This document shows positions 36,691 to 49,700 of a stretch of 64,000 nt of DNA, piece by piece. The notes below the pieces were generated by a model. It saw only the letters and a list, made by a program, of their open reading frames with translations, had not been told where the DNA came from and did not search any database. Made by a program: the position numbers and the translations under genes. The stretch comes from Azolla caroliniana (taxonomy: Eukaryota > Plantae > Polypodiophyta), in NCBI GenBank assembly GCA_043228905.1, contig JBHGNT010000014.1:20646001-20710000 (forward strand). Direction: 5' to 3'. Position 1 is the first letter of the stretch. Each line of letters opens with the position of its first letter.

Positions 36691-37553
36691 AAATGGTGTG
36701 ACCCCGAAAACACCAGTCAATCCACGATTGGTCTCATGTTTATAAAGGTAAAGGACATTGCCTCAATGCGATATTTTCTAGTTTTTGCAAGATAAACCCA
36801 TAACAGGAACAACCTCCAAAATTCTTTGAGGTCGAGTCTCAACTATATCTCCCACCTCTTTGACCCCCAAATGAAACAAGCAATTAAGCAGAGAGTGTAA
36901 TCGCTCCTTTCTAGGCCAACATAATAATCGACAAGACACAACGAACTCTTTTTGCAAAGAATTAAAATGCTCTCTACTAGAAGGTCGTTTTCATACACAT
37001 AATGAGAGTGCTTCTTGCTTTGAGACAACCAAGTGTTGAACACATGAAGAGCCAGGAATATTATTGAAATGCATTTCTTCAATAATTGCCAACATGAAGC
37101 CTCAATCATTGTCCTCCCATGTGTTAAACCCTTGATCTCAATGAAATATTGAGAAATAGACATCCATGGTTGTGGGAAGCAAGCTAAAGGATTCAAGAGA
37201 CACATAAAAGCAAAATTTTGTGATTTGGTTGGATGTCAGATATGGAAAAATGGTTTTATAGATGGGATGCAAGACACTTGCTTCATGATGCATCACTAGA
37301 TTCCTCTGTAAATGAGGCCTTTTTGCAACACCAATGTATCATGACATGGGACAAATGTGGATGCTTATTCTTCACACATTATACACCACATGTTGCACCT
37401 AACTACAAAACCATATTCTTCGTGGAATGGGGAAACCATACACATTGATACATGCTAGTGCCCATGCCATTATCTGTCATTCGAACCATTGCTTCCATGC
37501 AACTTAGCTCACATGCATTACGATGTGAGAGGGGGCGTTGGGGCACAAGTTAT

Positions 37554-37599
37554 TGTGAAAGTGATTATCTGCAACGAATGGTGTGTGTGTATGTGTAGT

Positions 37600-37663
<64 letters not shown>

Positions 37664-40611
37664 AGTTATACAGAAAACAAGAAAACTTTATTAACAAGAA
37701 CAAGAATGAACCAACCATTACAAGGAGAGGAGACAAGTGCTTATATAGTCACCTTCTCTCTATATCCTCTTTCTACAACCACCACTTACTAAAGAGAGGT
37801 GGAGACTTAACTACACAAAACATGTGTCATAAAACTTTAAGGTTCTATGGCACACTAGTTGCTATATTAGGAGGTGGGGTGTTCACACACTAGTGCTAAG
37901 GTGTGTTCTCACACTAGGGAAGTTGAGTTTGATTCTCAACATGCCCCTTCAAACACAACTTCTAGTCGCTGAAAAGTTGGTTCGGGTTGGCTTTGAGTCG
38001 GCCCCGGCTTCCGCTTTGGTTAGATCGATCGACGTTGTGTCGATTGGTTCCTTACTCCCCCTCAAGCTCGATTGTTCGGTGATCGAGAGAATGAGATTTG
38101 TCGTGAACTGTCATAGCTTGTTGGCTTCCAGGGCCTTCGTGAAGATGTCGGTCGTTTGTAGATTCATGTTGATGTGTTGCAAGTCGATATCTCCAGCCAT
38201 GGCACATTCTCAGATGAAGTGATAATGCACCTCAATGTGCTTAGTCCAAGCGTGGAATACTAGGTTGCAGGCCAAGTGGATACTGCTCATGTTGTCACAA
38301 TAGAGGAGAATCAGATCCTTGCTGGGAATGCCCAGATCCTTCAGAATTTGCTAAATCAGCCAAACAGCTTCGCATGTTGCCACGGATGCGCCCCCATATT
38401 CTACTTCTGTGCTCAATAGTGCGACTGTTGATTGCTTCTTACTACTCCACGATATGGCTCCGTTGCCGAGGGAGAAGACAAATCCCGATGTTGATCATTT
38501 GTCAACTTTGTCATCAGCCTAGTTGGCATCGATTTACCCTTCGAGTCGAATCGGTATGGGCGATCTGTAGAGGATGTCGAAGTTCACGTTCCACTCACAT
38601 AGCGTAACACTCTCTTAGCACAGTGTAGGTGAATATTTCGTGGTGTCTGCATAAACTGGCTAAGGAGGCCGACTAGGTAGCTGAGGTCGGGCCTAGTGAT
38701 GGTGAGATAGATAAGGCTTCCGACTAGTTGACGATAGAAAGTCGCCTCACACTCTTCTATGCCGGAATCGACATCTAGCCTTAGATTTCGATCGAGCGGG
38801 GTAGCGACAGGCTTACACTCTATCATCCCAAACTTGTGAAGAAGATTGAGGATATAGTGACGTTCGGAGATCATGATGCCATCAAGAGTTCGAATTACTT
38901 CTATCCGTAGAAAGAAATGAAGCTCCTTCATGTCTTTCATATCGAATCATACAGAGAATAGCTTCTTGGTGTGTTCGATATCCCCAATGTGCTCTCCTCC
39001 AATGACCAAGTCGTCCACATAAATTATAATGATAGTTGTCCTCTAGAGTCATTCCGGATGAACATGGAATTGCCGGACTTGGACATTTTGAAGCCGATTT
39101 GGTGAAGATATTGGGTTATCTTCGAATGTCATGCTCTTGGTGCCTACTTGAGGCCATCGAGAGGCTTTTTGAGTCGGTAGACAGCAATCGGATGCGTACT
39201 CAACTTGAATCCCAATGGTTGTACCATGCACACTTCCTCTCCTAACTCGCCTACGAGAAAGGCATTCTTCACGTCCATTTCATGGAAGTGCCACCCTTCA
39301 GCTGCTACAAATGCGATCACGATTCAGATGGTTGTCATCTTTTCCACCGGGGTAAAGGCCTCTTCGTAATCAACCCCGTGTATCTGCGCATACCCTTTTG
39401 CCACAAGTCGGGCCGTATACCGATTGACAGTGCTGTCGGCATTATACTTCACCTTGAATATCCATCGGCATCTAATTGCCTTTTGATGGGGTGAAGAGGG
39501 GACGATATCCCATGTCTCGTTTTTGAAGAGTGTTTGCATCTCCTCATTCATTGCTTCGACCCATCGTAGGTCCTTCGCGGCTTTAGAAAATGTTTCTAGC
39601 TCTCGAATTGTCGCCACCTTCATCATAAATGCATAATGATATGCCATGTAATCATTGTAGCTGAATCGGCTGACTACATTCTTTTCTCGTGTGGAGCAAC
39701 GTGGTGTCGATGGTGCCCTAATGCTAGGCACATCCAATCCACCATACTCAATATCAGGTGAGTGATCCAATTCATTTCCATTTGAGTCTTCGTACCCATG
39801 CATTTTGGCCTTTCCTTTGTCTTGTTTCAAACTCGGTCACGACGTGCTTTGGTCGCTTGGTGGTTCCCGTAGTCCACTCAACGTGGTCGAGATTGGACTC
39901 TCTTCTGATGTGAGCCTTAGTCGGTCATCCTCCTCCCAATCGATTATATCGAAATTGGATTCAATTGGATCAGATGGAGTTGAGTCAATTGTGTACCAGG
40001 ATGTCATCTCGTGGAATACGACATCACTACTCACCCATACCTTCTTGATAGAGGGGTTGAAGCACTTATACCCCTTTTGTTCGAGTGAGTACCCCACGAG
40101 GATACACTTCTCCGATTTTGGATCAAGCTTTTGCCGTTTTTCATTGGGAATATGTACGAAGGCGATAGAAACAAATATCTGTTGAGAATCGAACTCAACT
40201 TCCCATAGGGACAATGTTCACACTGGTCAGTGGAAGACTTACTAGGATAGATTTGTAATTAATAGAAAGGGCATTTGCCTTAGAATAGTGGTATTTAAAC
40301 CAACCTTTTGTAACTGAGTTGTTGTTGGATGTAATATACAATTTCTTGTCTAGAGCTCTCTCCCTCTCTCTTTCATTCTCTGTTGTCTCATGTGCACATA
40401 CACACACACACACTTCCGTTGCATAGAATCACTCTCGATTCTTTACAATATCCTTACGTGGGATAGATCCGGCTTCTTTCCATAGAACTTCTCATGGGGG
40501 GTGACATCGTGCACTCCGAATGTTGTGCACCAATTCATTAGGTAGACGGTCGTGTTCGCTACTTCAACCTAGTATGATTTCGGCATATGTTTCTCATGCA
40601 TCATTGCCCTT
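37554..40611 (-). mobile_element. Decayed Ty1/copia element (3' LTR ~37554-37941, RNase H, RT, part of integrase), truncated by nested insertions
   Basis: YRQLVGSLIYLTITRPDLSY, IIIYVDDLVI, TARLVAKGYAQ..GVDYEE, KLDPKSEKCILVGYS. The LTR ends ...GATTCTCAACA and is followed by a PPT-like tract. Confidence 0.85.
40180..40447 (+). mobile_element. Solo LTR inserted in opposite orientation into the copia integrase region
   Basis: TG..CA ends and TSD ATATC (40175-40179, 40448-40452). Its ends are reverse-complement homologous to the 37554-37941 LTR. Removing it restores DLSHVRIFVSIAFVHIP. Confidence 0.85.
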
Positions 40612-40716
40612 TGTTAATAATTAGGTAAGTAATTAAGCAAGGATTAATTAGTACCTAATTATGTGATTAGTTGATAAGCGGAAGATTAAGTGATATGTGT
40701 GTGTATGTGTGTGAGA

Positions 40717-40764
<48 letters not shown>

Positions 40765-41514
40765 GTTAACACTTATGAACAACACAAGATGGGGGATCAT
40801 TAACTCTATATTAAATTAGCATTATCATCATCAAATACAAAAATACCTACAATGAGGTATATATAGATCGCATGTGCAAGGGTGCACATGTGTGAGGATA
40901 ATATAGGTACAAAAGTGTAAGTTCTATATTAAATGTACTTAGGAGTGGAGGATCTAGAATATCCCACTTAAGTACAAGGTCCTATTTAAGGCGTTATAAT
41001 CAACACTTCTAATTAGATTCTATCTAGGTAACTACGAAATTACATGGTTGACTAACTAACTAAACTAAGTTGAGCTTAATCTCTCAACACGCCCCCTCAA
41101 GCTCGAGTGTGAGGCGTTCGACATCTGCTTTGGCTTTCGTCGGCTTCGTGTGCTTCTGTCCGGCCTTCAGCTTTCTTCGTTGTGGCAATCTCGGTTCCTC
41201 CCCCTCAAGCCGGTGACGAAGGCTTGTAGTGTGTGGGCGAAGGTCGACTACTTCCACCGATCATGGGTTACGAGCTGCTTCGGTGGAGCTCTTGGGCTCT
41301 TGTTCGGCCGCTACCTTCATCGTGAAGGTATAGTGATGGGCCATGTACTCGTTGTAGTCATGCTGAGTGACTGGGTTCTTAGCTCTAGATGAGCGTTGAT
41401 GTTTTTCGCTCGTTTATGTGAGCGCCTTCTTTACTCTGGGTGTCTGCATGATGGGTACACTGAACTCAATGTCTAGTGGGGGAGCCGACACATCCGAATC
41501 ACTGTCGTCGGGAT

Positions 41515-41515
<1 letters not shown>
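40612..41515 (-). mobile_element. LTR (40612-41089) plus PPT and short internal remnant of another copia derivative
   Basis: TGTTAAT...CTCAACA followed by CGCCCCCTCAAG. The internal YNEYMAHHYTFTMKVAAEQEP resembles the pre-RT segment near 39600-39660. Confidence 0.7.
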
Positions 41516-41601
<86 letters not shown>

Positions 41602-43748
41602 TGCTTCATGAGATAAGTGTTAAATATGTTACCCTAAGCCTTGTCCTAACATTTGTGTAAGTGATTATGGTTCCTAATTAATTGAAGCATGTTTTTCTCA
41701 ATTGTGCATGTCCTTGTGATCCTAAAACAACAATGGGTTTGTAAGGAGGTTCCCAACAATCATGGTACAAATTGGCTAACTAACATGAGGAACAAGCATT
41801 GTGGAAGATACCTCCCATAAAGGGTAAGAGGGGATATGCAAGTTCCTCTCCCTTACTAGCGGGTTGCCTAGTACAATAGATGACCTTGGTGAAATTGTAA
41901 CTCCAATACTCAAAAAGGGCTCCAATTTGAAGTGTTCTCCCACATAAATTGACTTTCTATATGATACTCTCAAGCATTCCACTATTGGTTATTGCCCATT
42001 TATGCTAATTGACACACTTAGAGTTCAACATTTCAATGTATGAAAGAAATGCTAATGAATTCTTGGGAATACGTTAAAACAACACAAGATTGTGTGTGAT
42101 GAGGTGCTTGAGGAGAATATGTATAAGATCTGTGGTTGGAAGACAAATCAAGCCCCTGTGGTTGCTTCGTCATTGTTATACGGTATACCCAACCTTGGGG
42201 GTGGTATTCGGTGACTCAAGGATGCCTATCACCCACAATGAATCATCTTGCATGCCTCATTTGCTTTTCTTTTGCTCCAATTTTAATTTTTACCTCTTTG
42301 ACAAATTTAGCCCAACCTTAGTTCAACTTGACATTGCCTAGAGTTGTTGATTTCAATTTCTTTGGCTTGGGCAAGTTCTTAACCGCCTCCTTTGTATGCT
42401 CTTGTTACAACTCAAGTCTAAGGTTACTAACACCGTCTTCATTCACCTTCATTTTGTCATATTGAACTCCAATGTATTTGTTGTCTTCTTCAAGAATGGA
42501 GATTTGAAATTTTAAGGGATTGATCACTATATCTAAGTTCTTACCAAAGTTGATCAAATCAAGCAATGTTTTTTCAAGGTTTGTTAAATGTCAATCCATC
42601 TTCTTAAACTTAGTCATGTGCTCAATGGTGTTTGTGGCAATCAAGTTGGTGGCAGTTGAGAGGAGATATAGTTGCTTGTACATTAAAGAAAGCTAACCTA
42701 AGAGAACAACCAACCCTAAAGGCCCAAATACAAGAAACTATAGTAGCCTAAAATACAAGAACACATTAGTTGGTACTGTTACTGAATGGAGACCAAAATG
42801 TCATTGGTTCAATTAGATATGTATGGAGTAATGGAGGTGACAAATTTGGGTCTCGAACCCAAGACAAAGTGCTAGTAGTCTTAACAACTCCACACTAAGG
42901 TAAGCTAATTACGATAAAAAAGAGAAAGGGAGATTACTGAGTAATAGAAACATGAGCTAGATAGGACCATATCTGTATCTACCAATCATGATTGCAAATA
43001 TGGGTGAATTAATGTGATCCATTGACAATATAAAAGTTATGGGTTTCTTAAATATTCACAATAATCATATCAATGCATTAGTTGGAACAATTCTCATAAT
43101 TGCTTTTCAGGTTCATCTTTCTCATTTTTGCATGGTGAAATTCCAAATTCATTGCTTTTTTCCTCTAATGGCTGAACTTACAAGCTGACAAAATGTTGAT
43201 TTTTACATCAATCAATTCTTGATAATGCTATATGATACAAAGGCAATGAAAAGGTACCATATATAAGGGCACCTCTAATGGTAAGATGTAAACATGTACA
43301 TGAAACTTTTTGGATCCATGTTCATTAAGACTTTTACAAAGCTCTCCAAATGCTTAAATATCATGGAGGGAAAAAGAAAACAAATGGCTCTTTTTTCACA
43401 TGCCTTTTGCTTTCACTTAAAGATATTCCCCCGAGCAACAATTTCGCTACAAGCATCTCTTGATTTGTTTGTAGCATCAAAAAACAAATCCATTCATGGT
43501 GGTATTACTTTCATCTTCTAGCCAGCAAAGCGTGTCTTAGTCCTCAGACTGATTTGGGAACTCTTATGCTCTTCGTAGATGACACAATGGTATTATATCA
43601 TCTCAAAATTTCACTGCCAAATATGAGTGCTTCTATAAAGGCCCTAGGATAAGACGCCATGGGCACACTCTGAAAGAATCCTCTGCTGTGTTGTTGGCTG
43701 GATCATTTAATTACTGTAATGAATGGGCTATAAGGACCCAATAATGAA

Positions 43749-46700
43749 TCAAGAATCATCATCTACGGAGCTGACATATGTCAGATTAGTTCTTCGAACC
43801 CTTACAGTTCCTTTCAGCCAGGCACAAGCTTTGCTACTACCACTTTCATTCATTACAAGAACTCCACCAGAACCTGTGGTGGATGAACTAGTTATATCCT
43901 CTAGAAGTGTCCAAGGATCGATTTCAGCATCTAGATCTTGAACGGGACTTTGTTTCGCTTTCCCAAGGCTATTCTCCATGCGAAGGGGAGCCTTGTATAA
44001 GGCAGTGGAAGGAAGAGTAGATGAACTATTTGTCGGCAATCCACTCATTTGCATCACAGGTAATGCTCCTGGGGGGATTTGTGGAGGGCCAGCAGCAATG
44101 ATAGGAGTAGGTGATGGAGCTAGTATAGGCATTGCAGCTTGTAATCGTGCACGGACTACTGAAGGAAGTTGCATGTGATCGAGATCAACCTGAAAACATA
44201 AAGAAACTTACAATAACAAGTTTGAACTACAAAAGGAAGTTTCACATGCTGAGACTTAGACAATAGGGTCAAAGACCAAACTACAAAACGAATAACCTCA
44301 ACATGACATGTTAAAATTGAGGAAGATTTGAATACTAGCCTGCATTCGATGAATAATCTCCTTATCAAAGGGTGGGACCTCCCGGGGAGGCCTTGATGAT
44401 CCTTTAGAGGGTTTTTGCTTTAACCACGAAGCCCAGGTGCTGCTTAAGAGAGCATGAAGAACACTTAAAATTCTATCAAAGAGATTTTCTCCTGCTATTA
44501 CAACAGCTGCTGCTGCCGATGCTTCTGCATTCCACTCCAAGTCACATCCGGTAACAGGAACAGATTCACGTTGTGAAAAACAAAAGGTTTCCATACTTTC
44601 TTGAACAACACGAGTACCCACAAGCCTCAGGAGTACTGGAGCTAAAAGTGATCTCATATTACGCACTGTCTGTTCTCTGCAACAGCTCTTCAAATTTAGG
44701 TTCTTTTCTTCAAAAGTGTATTTCATTGATATCATATATAGAGAGAGGTTATATTGCAGTGCTTGTGATTAAATAGATGAGGAATTAATTGCCTCATTGA
44801 AAAATAATGCACATACTCATAACAAAGTACTTAGGAGTTAATAAAATGTAGAGTGGACCCATAAGCTAGTGGACATCCTTTGCATGAGTTCACCCTTCTA
44901 ACTCCTATTTACTTAGTTGTGTGCATGTTCATAACAACCAACAATTGTTCAAGGTACCTGTCTATATAAATCGGTGGAAGAAGAGGAAGAAGAAACTGAA
45001 GCCGTAACCATAAGGATGTTTGTAAGGCTGCCAAAGATGGAGGCAAGGGATCTGTTGCTAAAGAGGTTCTTCGTCCTAAGCTAGGACTAGATGAATCCAA
45101 CCCAGTTTTAGCACCTTTTCGAGAACCAAGACGCTTATTTATACCAACCTCTGAAGTTGTAACAACAGACCTACTAGAACGAGAAAGAGCGGTGACTTGC
45201 TGCTCTAACTCGCTGATTTGCTTTACCAATCGTGATGCAAACCTGTTATATGTCTCGGCAGAGCTTCGCGCTAGACAAGGAAGCACCAAATCAGCTAGTG
45301 CTTTTTCAATTGCAAACTGCTTTTTCAGTACCATATTGCATCTCTGAGAACCTGAAACTCCATCACTTTTCAGCTGTTTGCTAGAGTTAAGATCCTCTTC
45401 AGCCACCTCACCCTCTTCTGGAGAAGCAACCTCAGTTTTACTAGTCTTTTCAACTGAATCATTATCTTCACTTTGAGGTAGCACCCATTCCCACACCCTG
45501 AACCTTCCACAGCCAACTTCAAATTTTTGCCGATGCGCCACCTCTTCAAGCTGTTGCCTGAGAAATTTCCTCCCTAAAACCATATCCCCATTCTCCAAAA
45601 TCCACTGGACCTGCAAGATTAAGTAGTCTTCAAATGCCCTGCCTAATAGATGCAGCACTTCAGAATACAAAGCAGCTGCATCAGGACGAACCAGTAATCG
45701 TGTCAGAATCATATCAGTGAGGTTTTTCTCTGTTTCAGAGAGGTTTTGCTTGTCAAGAATAGCTAGTCGAGCAGCCTGCATAGTTTCTGCTGTCACTGAC
45801 ATATTCTGTGCCTCAAATTTATCCATGAAGACTTGCTCATTCAGCAGAAACCTTAATTCTACCCATTGCCAGTGGAAAGTTGCAGGATGAATATCATCTA
45901 GAACTTGAACCAGCTCATTTGTTAGTGTTCCATGACCCTTCAAACTTCGTTTGTAAGACTCATCTCCTGGTAGTGTCGGTAGCTTGTGGTCAAGAATAGC
46001 ATGTAGAAATAATCTTGGCCGTGAGGGAACCATCAATGACACTTTTTTATGCATATCGGCACCTTTGTTATCTAGAAAGGATGCATAATCAGTATCACTG
46101 GTGTCGGAATGCAGGAGGTCCACTAACGCTTTTGTGTCTTGTAAACAAATTTCACAGAAAGGAGGATGTGCCAAAAGATCTCCTAAAGCTGCATGCACAA
46201 GCTGCTGAAAAGATGTATCTTCTCTGTTCGAGATACTCATGAAGGCTGACTGTTGTGCCCTTAGAGAGATTGAAAACAATGAATAGGCAGGAGCAAATAC
46301 TGTTGTGAGAGGTAAAAGCCGTTGCATTCGCAGGAGCGCAAGGATTTTTGATTCACCTAGTAACTCAGCCAGTAATCCACCTGAAATTGATCTGCAATCA
46401 CTAATCAACACCCTAAACCAGAATAAATACACGTCAGCCATGATGCTGTCACTCTTGATGGCATTCCCAGTGGACATAACTCGAGACATCCCATTAGTAC
46501 CTAAGCTGCTGACTTTTGATATCTGCACATTCTCAAGCCCTTCTTTAATCTTCAATAATGAAATGATCCGTTCCAAACCAGCTATATCCTCCAGCACTGC
46601 ACAAACCACTAATGCTGCCACAGCTGATGCCGCTGTGTTTGACCTTTCCAAAACAAATCCATTTGATCCAGCTCCTTGTTCATTCATTGTGAAACTTGAA

Positions 46701-49700
46701 TCCGGCATCTCAGGAGAAAGCTGGTATTGAGGCCAAGGTGATTTGCTAAAAGAATGTCCACCAGAATTTGTTATAACTGCAGTAGCTTCGCATGCAAGAG
46801 CAGATTCCAAAACCTTGGTTTGCTTCTCACAGAAAGCCTCTTTGAGATGTCGTAAACATTGCATGTGGGCTTGCAAAATTCGACGAGCACATTTCACACT
46901 GGAAGCCACAGATCCTGAGCTGGAATAAGAACTACTTGATGCAAGATTTTCAAATACACCAGCTACAGCAGTTCCTACATTGCTCACAACCGAAGACACT
47001 GCAGCAGCAGCAAGTTGTATGTCGCCATTCACTGTACTACCTGCTTGCTGTTTGATGCACTCCAGAAGTCCGCCTGCAACAGACTGAGCTGCCTGAAGAC
47101 CTTCCCCCCATCTTTCTATGCCAGTGTCTTTCAATATTCCAGATACAGAGATTTCCCTTTCTCTAGTTATCATCTGGCTAATAACCTCTTGGAATCCTCT
47201 CCGAACATGATCCCTCATATGTGGCCCAAATCTTACCAGCCGTCCCATCAGTCGTGGAGGGAAAGATTCATCACGATCATCACCAACATTAGGAGAATTC
47301 ACACCCAGCAAAGAAAAATTTGAATCATTCTCTCCAACCTTTAACAATAACTCCACTTCATTGACCAACCTTTGATCTGAACATGTTTTCCAATCTTTTT
47401 CCCATAGTTGAACGATTTGAAGACTCCCATACTTTTTGTAAAGATCATGGATGTAGGTAAATAATGATGCACAAGATGTTCTACTGTTTGACCCAGATAG
47501 CATTAATAGCTCCGCACGTTTCATTGCAGCTGAAAAGGCCTCCGGGAGTAAATTTGTGGCCAGTAAAATACCTTCGTACCTGAATGGCAACCATGGGAAA
47601 TAGCTTAAGTAAGCATATTCTGTTATCCACGAAAGTCGAGATGGGGCTATAAAAAGACAAAATTACAAAGATTTGGTTAATTACTCAGAGCTTTGTCTGA
47701 ATTTGCAGAAATGTGTTTCAAATTTTAAGCCCAAGTTACTGATAAATTATCAAAACATAAGTTACTGATACATCAAAAGTTTTAGCCTAAATTCAAACTT
47801 AAAACATTTTATTCTATACTGACATCAATACAAATTTATGTTCACCCAAAACCATGGATTTTTTTTGAAAGTTCATGATAAGACAAAATCAGACAACATA
47901 CCTCCTGAGACTTGTAAGAATTACTGATTCATTAATCTTGCAAATAGACTCCTTACTCGTTGAGAAATTATAGTGTTGTCCTGGTGAAACTGCACCAGGT
48001 ATACTGGCTTTTGGAAGCAACCATAGCAGCAGCTTGATCAATGCGCTGAAGTCATTTGCTACGTCCAAAAGGCATAGAACTGCTGAAAGCTCCTCTTCTT
48101 CAAATTGCCACCTTAGAGTGCTTCTCTCTTCAGCAACAGTTACAACAGTATCAGTTGCTGTTACTCTTCCCTGCTGTTGTAATGATATGGAGACAGATGA
48201 GAGTTTATCACCTCCTCCCACGAGATTGCGAACAGTCACATCAAGCCAGGTAGCTATAATTCGCTTATCAGACAACCGAAGATGTTTTAACATGGCAGTA
48301 ATGGACTTGAGATCTGGCATCAAAGGATTTTTCTTCCTTTCTTTGTTTTGAGAGAGGACAGAGTCTTCAACTGGAGGTTTATGATAAGGGCAGATCACCT
48401 TATTATCACACATATGACTAGAAGATGCTCCTTGACTACCCTCTATGCGGGCAGCATCCAATTGTGCAAGGCTTAACTTTCTCACAGCTTTTGGTCTACC
48501 GCGTGATGGCAGTTTTGGTGGCTTTATGATAGCAGTGGGCTCGGATTTTGCAATATCTAATGGCTTTGGCACCTTTCTAATCCACCACATGTCAACTTCA
48601 TCTCCAATACTTACACCATACCCTTGAGTGAAGACAGAACTTCCATCGTTGATTTTTTGTTTCTTACTTCGTCTGCACTCTTCACAACCTGGGGTTCCGT
48701 TTATTCTGACTGCTAAGTTACCTTGTGGCAACAATTTTTTTTGCAACGAAGTTGACTTGTCTTGCAATGATTGTGCTTCATCCCCAAAGCACGATTCAGG
48801 GAAATGAAGGTATTTTGCAATAGCTTGCTTCATATCCATCAACTTCACTTTTTTCTTTTGCAATTTTCGCACTTTCGCCATGGTGTAGGAGGATTTTTCT
48901 ACAAATATTGTTTCATCAACACATTTCGTGGGTACCTGAGATAGCTTCTGGTTAACACCTGCTTCCTTCTTGAATAAACTAGGCTGGGGTTGACCAAATT
49001 CTTTAAGACAAAAACGCCTCTCATTTCGATGTATACGAATGGCCTCGGCTAGTGATGGATCTAAAGACTTCCTTCCTTCCTCCTCCAGACTTAGACCAGG
49101 TGGCCATGGCAAATGTTGCAAAATGCTTACGTGCTTTGATGCACGTTCCACATCAGCAGGTGTCTCCTCCTTTTCAAGCACTCCATTAACAATGAGCTTT
49201 CTTACATAGGCAGGAGGCCAGAATAATCCTTTTTTAACGAGCTCCCACAAAAGTAGCTGTATTCTTTCAAATCCCTCACCTTTTCTAAGGTCATGTTGAT
49301 CAAGCCATGCAGCTATGATATCATGAATGGGTCCCGGGCTATCAAAAAATGAAGACAAGGATATACTTTTACAATATCCAGAATTCTTTGTGCTGATTTT
49401 TCTGGGCCCACATTCTTGATCAGTAGTGTTGTAGGTCCCACTCCTTTGTTCCTCTAACTCTTCTACCCTCAAGCAAAGAACTGAAAGTGCCATATAAACT
49501 TTGCATGCAGCTTGCACATTTGTAGTGTAATGCTCCATCAATTGCGTACGCAACCTTTTCCTACGATCTCTGAAGTCACAGATGGCCCATTCACACAAAA
49601 ATCGTACAGAAAATACCTCAGCTGGGTTCCCATTGCCGGATAAGACCGGGCTGAGCTTAACCCAAGAACTGACTTTGGAAAGCCATTCATCTGGTGGCTG

